In this document: in pieces, positions 1-7,762 of the stretch
Position numbering within the stretch: the first letter of the stretch is position 1
Layout: every line of letters begins with the position of its first letter
Assembly: GCA_017410585.1 (NCBI GenBank)
Contig: JAFQQM010000001.1
Coordinates: 7,343-71,342, forward strand
Direction: 5' to 3'
DNA: 64,000 nt
DNA from: Clostridia bacterium
GTDB lineage: Bacteria > Bacillota > Clostridia > Oscillospirales > Acutalibacteraceae
The notes under the pieces: generated by a model
Databases searched by the model: none
Told to the model about the DNA's origin: nothing
The model's input: the letters and a program-made list of their open reading frames with translations, nothing else
Made by a program: the position numbers and the translations under genes

Positions 1-30
1 GATATCAAGATATCTTGATATCATTATATC
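1..30. repeat. Phased (G/T)ATATC octamer array with a 22-bp perfect palindrome, cut by the window edge
   Basis: GATATCAA GATATCTT GATATCAT TATATCAT. Positions 1-22 (GATATCAAGATATCTTGATATC) are a perfect palindrome. Positions 1-24 are identical to 3481-3504. Confidence 0.85.
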
Positions 31-245
31 ATTTTGCTTTTACGGGCTATTGCGCGCTCTTGTAAATTATGATTGATTTTTTGCGGGTACTGTGATAATA
101 TAGAATCATACCACACAACAATTTCATCTTTTAGCAGACATTGAAGTTTGCGTTTTTATCTTTTGGTAAAAATGCGGGCTCTTTTTCGCATACTTTAATG
201 TTTGCTGAATTGTTGTGTGGTAGCAACTGCGGGTCGCATTTTTCG

Positions 246-278
246 GTGTGTGTGACTTCGGTTGCACACACTTTTTTT
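246..278 (+). terminator. Rho-independent terminator-like hairpin with a UUCG loop
   Basis: An 11-bp stem (GTGTGTGTGAC / GTTGCACACAC, two G-U pairs), a TTCG loop, then a T7 run. Confidence 0.7.
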
Positions 279-359
279 ATTTCTATACTGCCAGCATAGG
301 ACTTTTGGTGAAAAAGCGTGTATAGTTAATATTATAATATAAAAAGTGAGGACGGAAAA

Positions 360-1694
360 ATGAAAAGATTTTTAGCGGTGGTTGTTGCAGTGGTTCTGTT
401 GGTATTTGTCGCTGGTTGCGGTGGCGAGTCAGGCGCAACGGGTGGCACGACGACAACGACCACGACCACGACGACCACGACACGGAATCCTAATCCGACC
501 GACAAAGTGTATGACGGGGACTATGAGTACACTTATAACGGAGAATCGAAGGGTTATAGTGTCAAGTATGTTGGTGATAAGAATGCCACATTCGCTGCTG
601 ACATTAAAGCAAGCGTTGAGGGCTGGCCGGTAGTTGCCATCGAACAGTATGCATTTTCTAATGGTTTTCAAACGACCTTCTGCACCGGGTTGACGAGCGT
701 CACCATTCCGGACAGTGTGACGAGTATTGGGGATCGTGCTTTCTTCGGTTGCACCGGCCTGACGAGCATCACCGTTGATTCAGAAAATACCAGCTACTCT
801 TCTTATGGCGGCGTATTATTCAACAAAGATAAAACAGAACTTATCTTGTATCCCGGCGGCAAGACGGAAGCGAGTTATGTCATCCCGGACAGTGTGACGA
901 GCATTGGGGAAGATGCTTTCTCCGATTGCAGAAGTCTGACGAGCATCACCATCCCGGATAGCGTGACCAGCATTGGCGGCTGGGCTTTCTACGATACCGG
1001 ATATTACTTAGATCCGAACAATTGGGAAAACGACGTTCTGTATATTGGAAATCATTTAATAGCTGCAACTGTTTCCGGCGATTATATCTTAAAAGACGGT
1101 ACCAAAGTGATTGCTGACCATGCTTTCAATGATTGCGATAGTCTGACGAGCATCACCATCCCCGATAGTGTGACCAGCATCGGGGGCAGTGCGTTCTCCG
1201 GGTGCAGTGGTCTGACCAGCATTGTCATCCCTGACAGCGTGACGAGCATTGGGGAATGGGCTTTCAGAAATTGCACCGGCTTGACGAGTATTACCATCCC
1301 CGACAGCGTGACTGCAATTGGGAAAAACGCGTTTAGAGAATGCGCAAGCCTCACGAGCATCACCATTCCCGACAGCGTGACCAGCATTGGGGATTCTGCT
1401 TTCTACGACTGCAGCAGTCTGACCAGCATCACCATCCCGGACAGCGTCACCAGCATTGGGCGGTCTGCTTTCCAAGGTTGTACCGGTCTAACCAGCGTTT
1501 CCATCCCGGACAGCGTGACAATCATTTATTACGCCGCTTTCTCTGGTTGCACCAATTTGACGAGCGTAACCTATGAAGGTACCGTCGCACAGTGGAATGA
1601 GATTGATATTAGACAATTTTTGGATGAAGACGCCTTCGACGATAGTTCTGTTACTGAAGTCAAGTGTTCCGATGGTGTTGTGATAATTGAATAA
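360..1694 (+). CDS. BspA-type leucine-rich-repeat (LRR_5-like) surface lipoprotein
   Basis: Signal peptide with lipobox VAGC and a poly-Thr linker. More than 10 repeats of about 23 aa of the form SLTSITIPDSVTSIGxxAFxxC. An RBS-like AGTGAGGA lies upstream. Confidence 0.85.
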   Translation: MKRFLAVVVAVVLLVFVAGCGGESGATGGTTTTTTTTTTTTRNPNPTDKVYDGDYEYTYNGESKGYSVKYVGDKNATFAADIKASVEGWPVVAIEQYAFSNGFQTTFCTGLTSVTIPDSVTSIGDRAFFGCTGLTSITVDSENTSYSSYGGVLFNKDKTELILYPGGKTEASYVIPDSVTSIGEDAFSDCRSLTSITIPDSVTSIGGWAFYDTGYYLDPNNWENDVLYIGNHLIAATVSGDYILKDGTKVIADHAFNDCDSLTSITIPDSVTSIGGSAFSGCSGLTSIVIPDSVTSIGEWAFRNCTGLTSITIPDSVTAIGKNAFRECASLTSITIPDSVTSIGDSAFYDCSSLTSITIPDSVTSIGRSAFQGCTGLTSVSIPDSVTIIYYAAFSGCTNLTSVTYEGTVAQWNEIDIRQFLDEDAFDDSSVTEVKCSDGVVIIE

Positions 1695-1766
1695 CTTAGA
1701 GCCTTTGAGCCAATTGTTCTAATTGGTTCTGGAATGACGTGAAGGAATATTAAGGGGGATAAACTT

Positions 1767-3065
1767 ATGAAAAAGCTCGCAATTATTCTGGCATTGTTAA
1801 TGGTTCTTACTCTTTGCTTGTCTGCTTGCACTGGGGCTAACTCTTCGGGCGACCCCACGCCGTTAGACGGGGTAGAGGACAGCTACGGCAACTTTGAATC
1901 TTCGGACTCCGCGCCGTTAGACGGGGTGGAGGACAGCTACGACGACTTTAAACCTGTAACCACCAATCCAAATACTCCTCCTCCGGAGGAAACGGTGTAT
2001 GATAAAACATCTGACGGAGAGTTTGAGTATTGTTACGATGCTCAAAAAGGCGGTTATGTGCTCAAATGTCTCGACAACGAAAAGCCCTATAGAGCAGTAA
2101 TTGCTCTAAAAGACAATATTAACGGAATACCGGTTGTTGCAATTGGCGCTAAAGCGTTTTGGTATTGCGGAACCCTCAAGAGCATTACTATCCCGGAGAG
2201 CGTAACGAGCATTGGTGCTTGTGCATTTTGGGGTTGCACTAGTTTGACTAGCATCACCATTCCCGATAGCGTCACCAGCATTGGTTACAGTGCGTTTTAT
2301 GAATGCAAAAGCCTTGTTAGCGTAACGATTGGAAATAGCGTAACCGCAATCGAAGAATATACTTTCTGCGATTGTGAAAGTCTTGAGAACATTATCATTC
2401 CCGATAGCGTTGCCTATATCGGCGAACGAGCGTTCTATGAATGTTACAACCTTACTAGTGCAAAAATTGGAAACGGGGTTACCAGCATTGATTATCAGGC
2501 ATTCTATAAGTGTGAAAACCTGACCAGCTTGACCATAGGAAACAGTGTCACCAGCATTGGGGAAGGTGCATTTAGATATTGCGAAAGTCTCGAGAGCATT
2601 ACCATTCCCAATAGTGTCACCAGTATTGGGAATCTTGCTTTTGCGGATTGCGAAAGTCTCGAGAGCATTACCATTCCCAATAGTGTCACTGACATTGGCA
2701 TACAAGCGTTTATGTGTTGCGAAAGTCTTGCTAGCGTAACTATTGGAAACGGTGTCACTAGCATTGGCGAAGGCGCGTTTAACGCTTGTGAAAGCCTTGC
2801 CAGAGTGACTATGGGAAACAGTGTCACCAGTATTGGGGAAAGTGCATTTTCGGGCTGTAGCAGTCTGACCAGCATCACCATCCCGAACAGTGTTATCACG
2901 ATTTACGCAGCAGCGTTCATTAGCTGCGAGAAATTAACGAATATTATATATGATGGAACGGTTGAACAGTGGAATACGGTTTCATTAGGAAAATATTGGA
3001 AGGGCTACTCTCTAGGCATCGAAGTGAAGTGCTCAAATGGGGTTGTGAAGACAGATTCATACTGA
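1767..3065 (+). CDS. BspA-type leucine-rich-repeat surface lipoprotein, paralog of 360..1694
   Basis: Lipobox LSAC, a duplicated PLDGVEDSY linker and the same LRR unit (SLxSITIPNSVTSIGxxAF). The C-terminal YDGTVEQWN...VKCSNGVV motif is shared with the upstream gene. RBS is AAGGGGG. Confidence 0.85.
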   Translation: MKKLAIILALLMVLTLCLSACTGANSSGDPTPLDGVEDSYGNFESSDSAPLDGVEDSYDDFKPVTTNPNTPPPEETVYDKTSDGEFEYCYDAQKGGYVLKCLDNEKPYRAVIALKDNINGIPVVAIGAKAFWYCGTLKSITIPESVTSIGACAFWGCTSLTSITIPDSVTSIGYSAFYECKSLVSVTIGNSVTAIEEYTFCDCESLENIIIPDSVAYIGERAFYECYNLTSAKIGNGVTSIDYQAFYKCENLTSLTIGNSVTSIGEGAFRYCESLESITIPNSVTSIGNLAFADCESLESITIPNSVTDIGIQAFMCCESLASVTIGNGVTSIGEGAFNACESLARVTMGNSVTSIGESAFSGCSSLTSITIPNSVITIYAAAFISCEKLTNIIYDGTVEQWNTVSLGKYWKGYSLGIEVKCSNGVVKTDSY

Positions 3066-3090
3066 TTTAGAAATTATTAAATAATAAACA

Positions 3091-3120
3091 AAGGGGTGGC
3101 GTTTCGCTACCCCTTTCTTG
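3091..3120 (+). terminator. Terminator-like hairpin after the second LRR gene
   Basis: AAGGGGTGGCG-TTT-CGCTACCCCTT followed by a T-rich tail. Confidence 0.55.
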
Positions 3121-3134
3121 TCCCCCGCCGTACA

Positions 3135-3164
3135 TTGACTATGCCCGTTCTGACGTGGTATAAT
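3135..3164 (+). promoter_or_regulatory. Sigma-A-type promoter (TTGACT-N18-TGgTATAAT)
   Basis: -35 TTGACT at 3135-3140 and an extended -10 TGGTATAAT ending at 3164. Confidence 0.5.
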
Positions 3165-3177
3165 ATATAGAGCCTTT

Positions 3178-3219
3178 GAGCCAATTATTCCGAAAGGAAT
3201 GGTTGGCTCTTTTTATTTT
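3178..3219 (+). terminator. Strong intrinsic-terminator-like hairpin in the leader of the small ORF
   Basis: A 14-bp stem (GAGCCAATTATTCC / GGAATGGTTGGCTC), a GAAA loop, then TTTTTATTTT. It begins only about 10 nt after the predicted transcription start site. Confidence 0.6.
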
Positions 3220-3233
3220 GTAAGGAGGTAAAT

Positions 3234-3431
3234 ATGGATAAGCAAAGCATTGCGAAATTGAAGCGGGATTTGCTGAAAAACGAGCCGTACGATCCGGCGA
3301 AAAACGCGCAGGCGATCTTCGGTCCGGCGAAAAACGTGCAGGCGATCTTCAATCCGGCGCATTCCACCGAGTTGCACTCCGCCGGCGATACATCCTCTCC
3401 CAACATCCCCCTTGACAAACAAATGATATAA
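3234..3431 (+). CDS. Small hypothetical protein (65 aa) with an internal 10-aa tandem repeat
   Basis: Strong RBS (AAGGAGG, 7 nt before the ATG). Contains PAKNAQAIFG / PAKNVQAIFN repeats. I recognise no homology. Confidence 0.35.
   Translation: MDKQSIAKLKRDLLKNEPYDPAKNAQAIFGPAKNVQAIFNPAHSTELHSAGDTSSPNIPLDKQMI
3293..3359. repeat. 30-bp tandem repeat, about 2.2 copies
   Basis: TCCGGCGAAAAACG(C/T)GCAGGCGATCTTC(GG/AA) twice, then a partial third copy. Confidence 0.9.
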
Positions 3432-3504
3432 TGATATCATTATATCAAGATATCATTATATCAAGATATCATTATATCAAGATATCAAGATATCTTGATA
3501 TCAT
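3425..3504. repeat. Iteron-like array: ten (G/T)ATAT(C/A) hexamers phased every 8 bp, ending in a 22-bp perfect palindrome
   Basis: Three exact copies of the 16-bp unit GATATCATTATATCAA (3433-3480), then GATATCAAGATATCTTGATATC (3481-3502). It sits immediately upstream of the RHH gene. Confidence 0.9.
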
Positions 3505-3549
3505 CGGCGGGAGGCCAAGAGTGTTTTTGATGAAAGAGAGGGTTTGGAT

Positions 3550-3777
3550 ATGGATATGGATATGAAAAAGAAACCGGTAGAGAGCAGAGCGTTGGAGGTG
3601 GGGGATCGTTTGAAGCAGACGATCATCCGTTTGAGTCCCGAAATGCATCATCGTTTGAAGAGCGAGTTGTCGCTGGACGGACGCTCGATGGTGGATTTTT
3701 TCACCGATGCGGCCAAGGCGTATCTCAAAGATAAAAAGCAGTATACCGACGACGTGACCCGTATTTTGCATCGGTAA
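3550..3777 (+). CDS. Ribbon-helix-helix (CopG/Arc/ParG-like) DNA-binding protein
   Basis: TIIRLSPEMHHRLKSELSLDGRSMVDFFTDAAKAYL fits a beta-strand / helix / G-turn / helix RHH pattern. RBS is AAGAGAGGG, 7 nt before the ATG at 3550. The track ORF starts at a TTG at 3544. Confidence 0.6.
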   Translation: MDMDMKKKPVESRALEVGDRLKQTIIRLSPEMHHRLKSELSLDGRSMVDFFTDAAKAYLKDKKQYTDDVTRILHR

Positions 3778-3828
3778 TCTTGCATTTTTCCGCTTGGCGG
3801 AGTATACTTATCTCAAGAGGTGTTGAGA

Positions 3829-4893
3829 ATGAAACGAGTTTGGATCGCGGTTTTGTGCTTGGCGATGCTGTGCTGTTTGCTCGGCTGTGATATCTCCGGC
3901 GGCTCGCCTGTTCCGGGCGGTACCGGCGATGGCGGTGGCAACGGCAGTGGCGGCGGTGGCGGCAATTCCTCGCCGGTGGTGCCGATGCAGTACAATATCG
4001 TCACCGGTCTGGAAGATATCCCCGAAGGCTCGCCCACCCGTCCGATCGGCATTATGTTGGCTAACGACGTGCGCGCCCGTCCGCAGGGCGGCATCGACGA
4101 GGCGGATATGATCATCGAGATCGAATACCAAGCCGGCGTCACCCGTCTGCTGACCGTGTTCGGCTCGGCCGACAAGGTGCCGGACGTCAATCCTATCCGC
4201 TCGGCTCGTTCGCCGATGGTGCAGGTGGCGCAGGCGATGGGGCTGGTTTACGTCCATGCCGGCGGTTCCGAACCGGCGCTCAATCTGATCGCCACCTCCG
4301 ACATCGACAACCTCAATGCCGGCAATTTCTACGAGGATTGCTTCTGGTACGACGATGCGTTGTATGATATTCGTGGGGCGGTGGAATACACCTACACCAC
4401 CAACAAACAGGGTCTTCAATATCCGTTGGAATACCTCGGCTACGACACCGCGCCGATCCGCGATATGCCGTATGCTTTCGGCACCGTCTTTGGCGGTGAG
4501 ACCGCCAACGTGGCGGAAATCCGCCAGTCCTACGGTCTGTATTCCACCTTTGTCTACGACGAGGACACCGCGCTGTACACCAAGTACATCGGTGATGCGT
4601 CTTCCACCGAGAAGCACGTTTCGCTGGACGGCGATCCGTTGCAGTTTGCCAACGTCATCGCGTTGTACGGGTATCAGTATTACGAGTGGAACGAGGTCAC
4701 CATCAACTACGATTTCACCAGCGGTTACGGCAAGATCATCTCGGGCGGTAAAGCCCGTGACGTTACCTACGAACTGGATACCGAGGGTTTCACCATCTAC
4801 GAGATGGACGGCACGGTCGCCAAGGTCGCCCGTGGTAAGACCTACATCGGCTTTATCAACGACTACTGGGAAGACGAACTGAATCTGGCATAA
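3829..4893 (+). CDS. DUF3048 (YerB-like) lipoprotein
   Basis: Lipobox LLGC and a Gly-rich linker. RPIGIMLANDVRARPQGGIDEADMIIEIEYQAGVTRL resembles the DUF3048 family. The ATG at 3829 is preferred (RBS AAGAGG) over the GTG at 3820. Confidence 0.8.
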   Translation: MKRVWIAVLCLAMLCCLLGCDISGGSPVPGGTGDGGGNGSGGGGGNSSPVVPMQYNIVTGLEDIPEGSPTRPIGIMLANDVRARPQGGIDEADMIIEIEYQAGVTRLLTVFGSADKVPDVNPIRSARSPMVQVAQAMGLVYVHAGGSEPALNLIATSDIDNLNAGNFYEDCFWYDDALYDIRGAVEYTYTTNKQGLQYPLEYLGYDTAPIRDMPYAFGTVFGGETANVAEIRQSYGLYSTFVYDEDTALYTKYIGDASSTEKHVSLDGDPLQFANVIALYGYQYYEWNEVTINYDFTSGYGKIISGGKARDVTYELDTEGFTIYEMDGTVAKVARGKTYIGFINDYWEDELNLA

Positions 4894-4894
4894 G

Positions 4895-4928
4895 AAAAAC
4901 TCCCGATGCGTTTGCATCGGGAGTTTTT
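4895..4928. terminator. Bidirectional intrinsic terminator
   Basis: A-run, CTCCCGATGC-GTTT-GCATCGGGAG, then a T-run. It lies between convergent genes. Confidence 0.85.
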
Positions 4929-4938
4929 GGTTTCACAT

Positions 4939-5367
4939 TTATTCTTTGTTGTCGCAGTCTTCGTCGCAGCAACTGCAATCGCCGTCACACTCTTCGATAT
5001 CGAAGGTGAGCAGTTCGCCGCACTCCGGACACTCGATGCCCTCGTCGGCCAGCAATTCTTCTTCGCTGACTTCAAATTCCGCGTCGCAATGCGGGCAGGC
5101 AACCTCGAACAGATCGTCGTCGAAGTCGTAATCCTCGTCCTCATCCTCTTCGTACAGCAGATCTTCCACGTCCGCGAGATCTTCGTCGATCTCATCGACC
5201 TGCTCGCCCAGTTCGGTCAGTTCTTCGCCGAGGTCTTCCATATCCAGCGCCATATCGTTCAAAACGTCGATGATAGCCGCCAGTACTTTGCCTTCCTTGC
5301 TGTCGGTGTCCAGAGCCATACCCTCGACCAGACCCTTGAGGTAAGCAACCTTTTCCGTCGTCGTCAT
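4939..5367 (-). CDS. Acidic zinc-ribbon protein (CPHC...CPEC) with a Cys-rich C-terminal tail
   Basis: 142 aa, very D/E-rich, with two CxxC pairs plus CDGDCSCCDEDC. Located directly downstream of efp. Confidence 0.7.
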   Translation of the reverse strand: MTTTEKVAYLKGLVEGMALDTDSKEGKVLAAIIDVLNDMALDMEDLGEELTELGEQVDEIDEDLADVEDLLYEEDEDEDYDFDDDLFEVACPHCDAEFEVSEEELLADEGIECPECGELLTFDIEECDGDCSCCDEDCDNKE

Positions 5368-5405
5368 AATCGGTTCCTCCTTAAAATGAAGATAGGGGAG
5401 TGGCT

Positions 5406-5963
5406 TTACGCACGCTCCATGTATTCACCGGTACGGGTGTCGATACGGATCATTTCGCCTTCGTTGATGAACAGCGGCACACGAACTTCGGCGCCGGTCT
5501 CCAGCGTCGCCGGTTTGGTGGCGTTGGTGGCGGTGTTGCCCGCGAAGCCCGGATCGGTCTGGGTGACCTGCAGTTCCACAAAGTTCGGCGGCTCGACAGC
5601 GAACACGGTGCCCTTGAAGGAAGCAACCTTGCACACCATATTTTCCTTCACAAAACGGAAGTTATCGCCCAGCGTATCGGCATTGAGCGGGACCATATCG
5701 TAGGTCTCCGGATCCATAAAGTAGTACAGATCGCCGTCGTTGTAGGAATACTCCATATCCTTGCGCTCGATGTAAGCGGTCGGGAACTTATCGTTCGGGT
5801 TGAAGGTGCGCTCCACCGTCGTACCCGCGATGACATTCTTGATCTTGGTGCGGACGAAGGCAGCGCCCTTGCCCGGCTTGACATGCTGGAATTCCACGAT
5901 CTGATAGACGTTACCGTCCATCTCAAAGGTCATACCGTTTCTGAAATCGCCTGCTGTAACCAT
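5406..5963 (-). CDS. efp: Elongation factor P
   Basis: 185 aa. The N-terminus [37 protein letters not shown] is canonical EF-P. Confidence 0.97.
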   Translation of the reverse strand: MVTAGDFRNGMTFEMDGNVYQIVEFQHVKPGKGAAFVRTKIKNVIAGTTVERTFNPNDKFPTAYIERKDMEYSYNDGDLYYFMDPETYDMVPLNADTLGDNFRFVKENMVCKVASFKGTVFAVEPPNFVELQVTQTDPGFAGNTATNATKPATLETGAEVRVPLFINEGEMIRIDTRTGEYMERA

Positions 5964-6049
5964 ACTTAAAAATCCTCCTATATTGGGTTATACTCTATTT
6001 TACCGCATTTTCCCTGCTAATGCAAGGGTAAACTGCAATATTTATAAAA

Positions 6050-6901
6050 TTATTTTGCGGCCTGCAACCAAAGTCGTTGCATCGCGGCGGCATCCGCCGT
6101 TTGGGTACCGGCCGACTCACAGATAAAGGTCGGGGTCCAACCGCGCTCGGCAATGAGTGCCATCAGCGGTGCCGGATCGGGACCGAAGACGGTGTCCTCA
6201 AAGGTGAGATGGCGTTTCTCGCCGCCGGCGGTGTACTCGATCTTGGAAAAATGGGAGTGGAATTGACTCGCCCGTTCTTGTCCCAGTTCGTTTTCCAACC
6301 GATCCAACAACGCCGCAAACTGGGCGGGGGTGGACATTTCGCCGTGGGTGCGGCTGTTGAGATGCCCGAAATCGACGGTAGGCAAAAACCGTTCGTCCAC
6401 GCGGCACATGGTCAGCACCTCGTCCAGCGTCCCCAACTGACCGATCTTGCCCATCGTTTCGGGGCAGATACGCACCGCCGACAGCCCGTTTTCGTCTAAT
6501 GCCTGCTGTGCGCGCCCAAGCGTTTCGCAGGCCAAGGCGGTCGCTTCTTCGCGGGATAATCCGCCCAGACCGCCCGGATGCACCACGATGCGGTCGCCGC
6601 CCAGACGGGTCACCGCCTCGGCGCTGTCTAAAATATATCGGATGGAGTTTACGCGCTTTTGCGGATCATCCGACGCCAGCGAGATGAAATACGGCGCGTG
6701 TAATGACAACTGAATGCCGTGCTCCTCTGCGCCTTTGCGCAGCGTTTCGGCGGTGGCGTCACTCAACCGCACGCCGCGTCCGCATTGGTATTCGTAGGCG
6801 TTTAAGCCGTAACCGGCCAGAAACGCGGGCATCTGCGCTGTGGATTTATAGCCGGCGGCCGCGAACGCTTCGCAGTTGCCGGCAGGACCGAAACGAATCA
6901 T
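6050..6901 (-). CDS. TIM-barrel protein of the xylose-isomerase-like / endonuclease IV-like (AP endonuclease 2) family
   Basis: 283 aa. MIRFGPAG...YEYQCGRGV...HAPYFISL...VVHPG motifs are typical of the family. Confidence 0.75.
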   Translation of the reverse strand: MIRFGPAGNCEAFAAAGYKSTAQMPAFLAGYGLNAYEYQCGRGVRLSDATAETLRKGAEEHGIQLSLHAPYFISLASDDPQKRVNSIRYILDSAEAVTRLGGDRIVVHPGGLGGLSREEATALACETLGRAQQALDENGLSAVRICPETMGKIGQLGTLDEVLTMCRVDERFLPTVDFGHLNSRTHGEMSTPAQFAALLDRLENELGQERASQFHSHFSKIEYTAGGEKRHLTFEDTVFGPDPAPLMALIAERGWTPTFICESAGTQTADAAAMQRLWLQAAK

Positions 6902-7407
6902 TTTTCCTTCTCCTTTTTCTCTAAAGCCGCCTTGGCACGGCGGCGGATACCGACTTCCAACCGACGGCGCAGTTTAAACGACCAACCGTCCTCCGGCCGG
7001 ATCGGCTCGGTCTGCGCGACCGGCAACCCCGCCAGTTTGGCGCCCAACACGTCGGTAAAACTCTGGTCACCGATCACCAGACATTGCGTTTTATCCACCC
7101 CCAGCGTCTTGACCGCACGGAAAAATCCAAACGGCAACGGTTTGCAGGAAAGTGCCACAAACGGTAATCCGATCCGCTCGGCAAACGGCCGGATGCGAAA
7201 CGCCTTGGAGTTGGATACGATCATCAGCAACAAGCCGGCGGCTGCCGCCTTGTCCAGCCACGTCCGTACCTCGTCGGAGATATCGGGGCAATGATGGGTG
7301 GTCAGCGTATTGTCTACGTCTAAAAGCAACGCTTTGTACCCGCTTTGTACCAACCGATCGGGGGATAGGTCGGTGATGCGGGGGATGAGATAGGTGGGGG
7401 TAAACAT
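6898..7407 (-). CDS. yqeG: YqeG-family HAD-IIIA phosphatase
   Basis: The LLLDVDNTL...MIVSNS...VIGDQSFTDVLG motifs are present. Overlaps the downstream gene by 4 nt. Confidence 0.85.
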   Translation of the reverse strand: MFTPTYLIPRITDLSPDRLVQSGYKALLLDVDNTLTTHHCPDISDEVRTWLDKAAAAGLLLMIVSNSKAFRIRPFAERIGLPFVALSCKPLPFGFFRAVKTLGVDKTQCLVIGDQSFTDVLGAKLAGLPVAQTEPIRPEDGWSFKLRRRLEVGIRRRAKAALEKKEKEK

Positions 7408-7428
7408 ACGGGCACCTCCGTCAAAAAG

Positions 7429-7462
7429 AAAAAAGCGAGCGGGATGGTTCCGCTCGCTTTTT
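7429..7462 (-). terminator. Intrinsic terminator after rpsU (bidirectional shape)
   Basis: AGCGAGCGG-GATGGTT-CCGCTCGCT flanked by A and T runs. Confidence 0.8.
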
Positions 7463-7474
7463 AGTTTGAATGCC

Positions 7475-7651
7475 TTACTTAAACTTGCGCTTACGAGCAG
7501 CCTCGGACTTCTTCTTACGCTTCACCGACGGCTTCTCATAGTGCTCGCGCTTACGCACTTCGGCGAGGACACCGGAACGGGCGCAGGACTTCTTCCAACG
7601 ACGGATCGCACTATCAAGGCTTTCGTTTTCTTTCACATGGACTTCTGACAT
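7475..7651 (-). CDS. rpsU: 30S ribosomal protein S21
   Basis: [21 protein letters not shown]...KRKFK. The start is taken at the internal Met, which is preceded by GGAGGGAGGG. Confidence 0.95.
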   Translation of the reverse strand: MSEVHVKENESLDSAIRRWKKSCARSGVLAEVRKREHYEKPSVKRKKKSEAARKRKFK

Positions 7652-7708
7652 TCTGTATTCCCTCCCTCCGCTACTGCAGGGGTAATTTAGCACATAATGC
7701 TACTCTGT

Positions 7709-7737
7709 ATTATACCTTAAAACAAAACGTTAGTCAA
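7709..7737 (-). promoter_or_regulatory. Consensus sigma-A promoter for rpsU (TTGACT-N17-TATAAT)
   Basis: The minus strand reads CTTGACTAACGTTTTGTTTTAAGGTATAAT. Confidence 0.7.
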
Positions 7738-7762
7738 GAGGTAATTTTGCAAAAATGCAAAA

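Noticed and set aside
3425-3504. The repeat array considered as a possible CRISPR array.
   Set aside because: The units are 8-16 bp and directly abut one another with no spacers, and no cas genes are nearby. It is an iteron- or operator-type array instead.
3820-3828. The GTG start at 3820 for the DUF3048 gene, and the TTG or upstream Met starts proposed by the track for plsX, rpsU, TerS, the LacI-family gene, ruvA, giant 1 and the kinase gene.
   Set aside because: In each case an internal ATG preceded by a GGAGG-like RBS at 6-9 nt gives an N-terminus that matches the family or a signal peptide. The upstream extensions have no RBS.
3808-4917. A 369-aa minus-strand ORF and several plus-strand ORFs overlapping 3820..4893.
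   Set aside because: They are antisense to, or out of frame with, the DUF3048 lipoprotein gene. That gene has a lipobox and family-like motifs.
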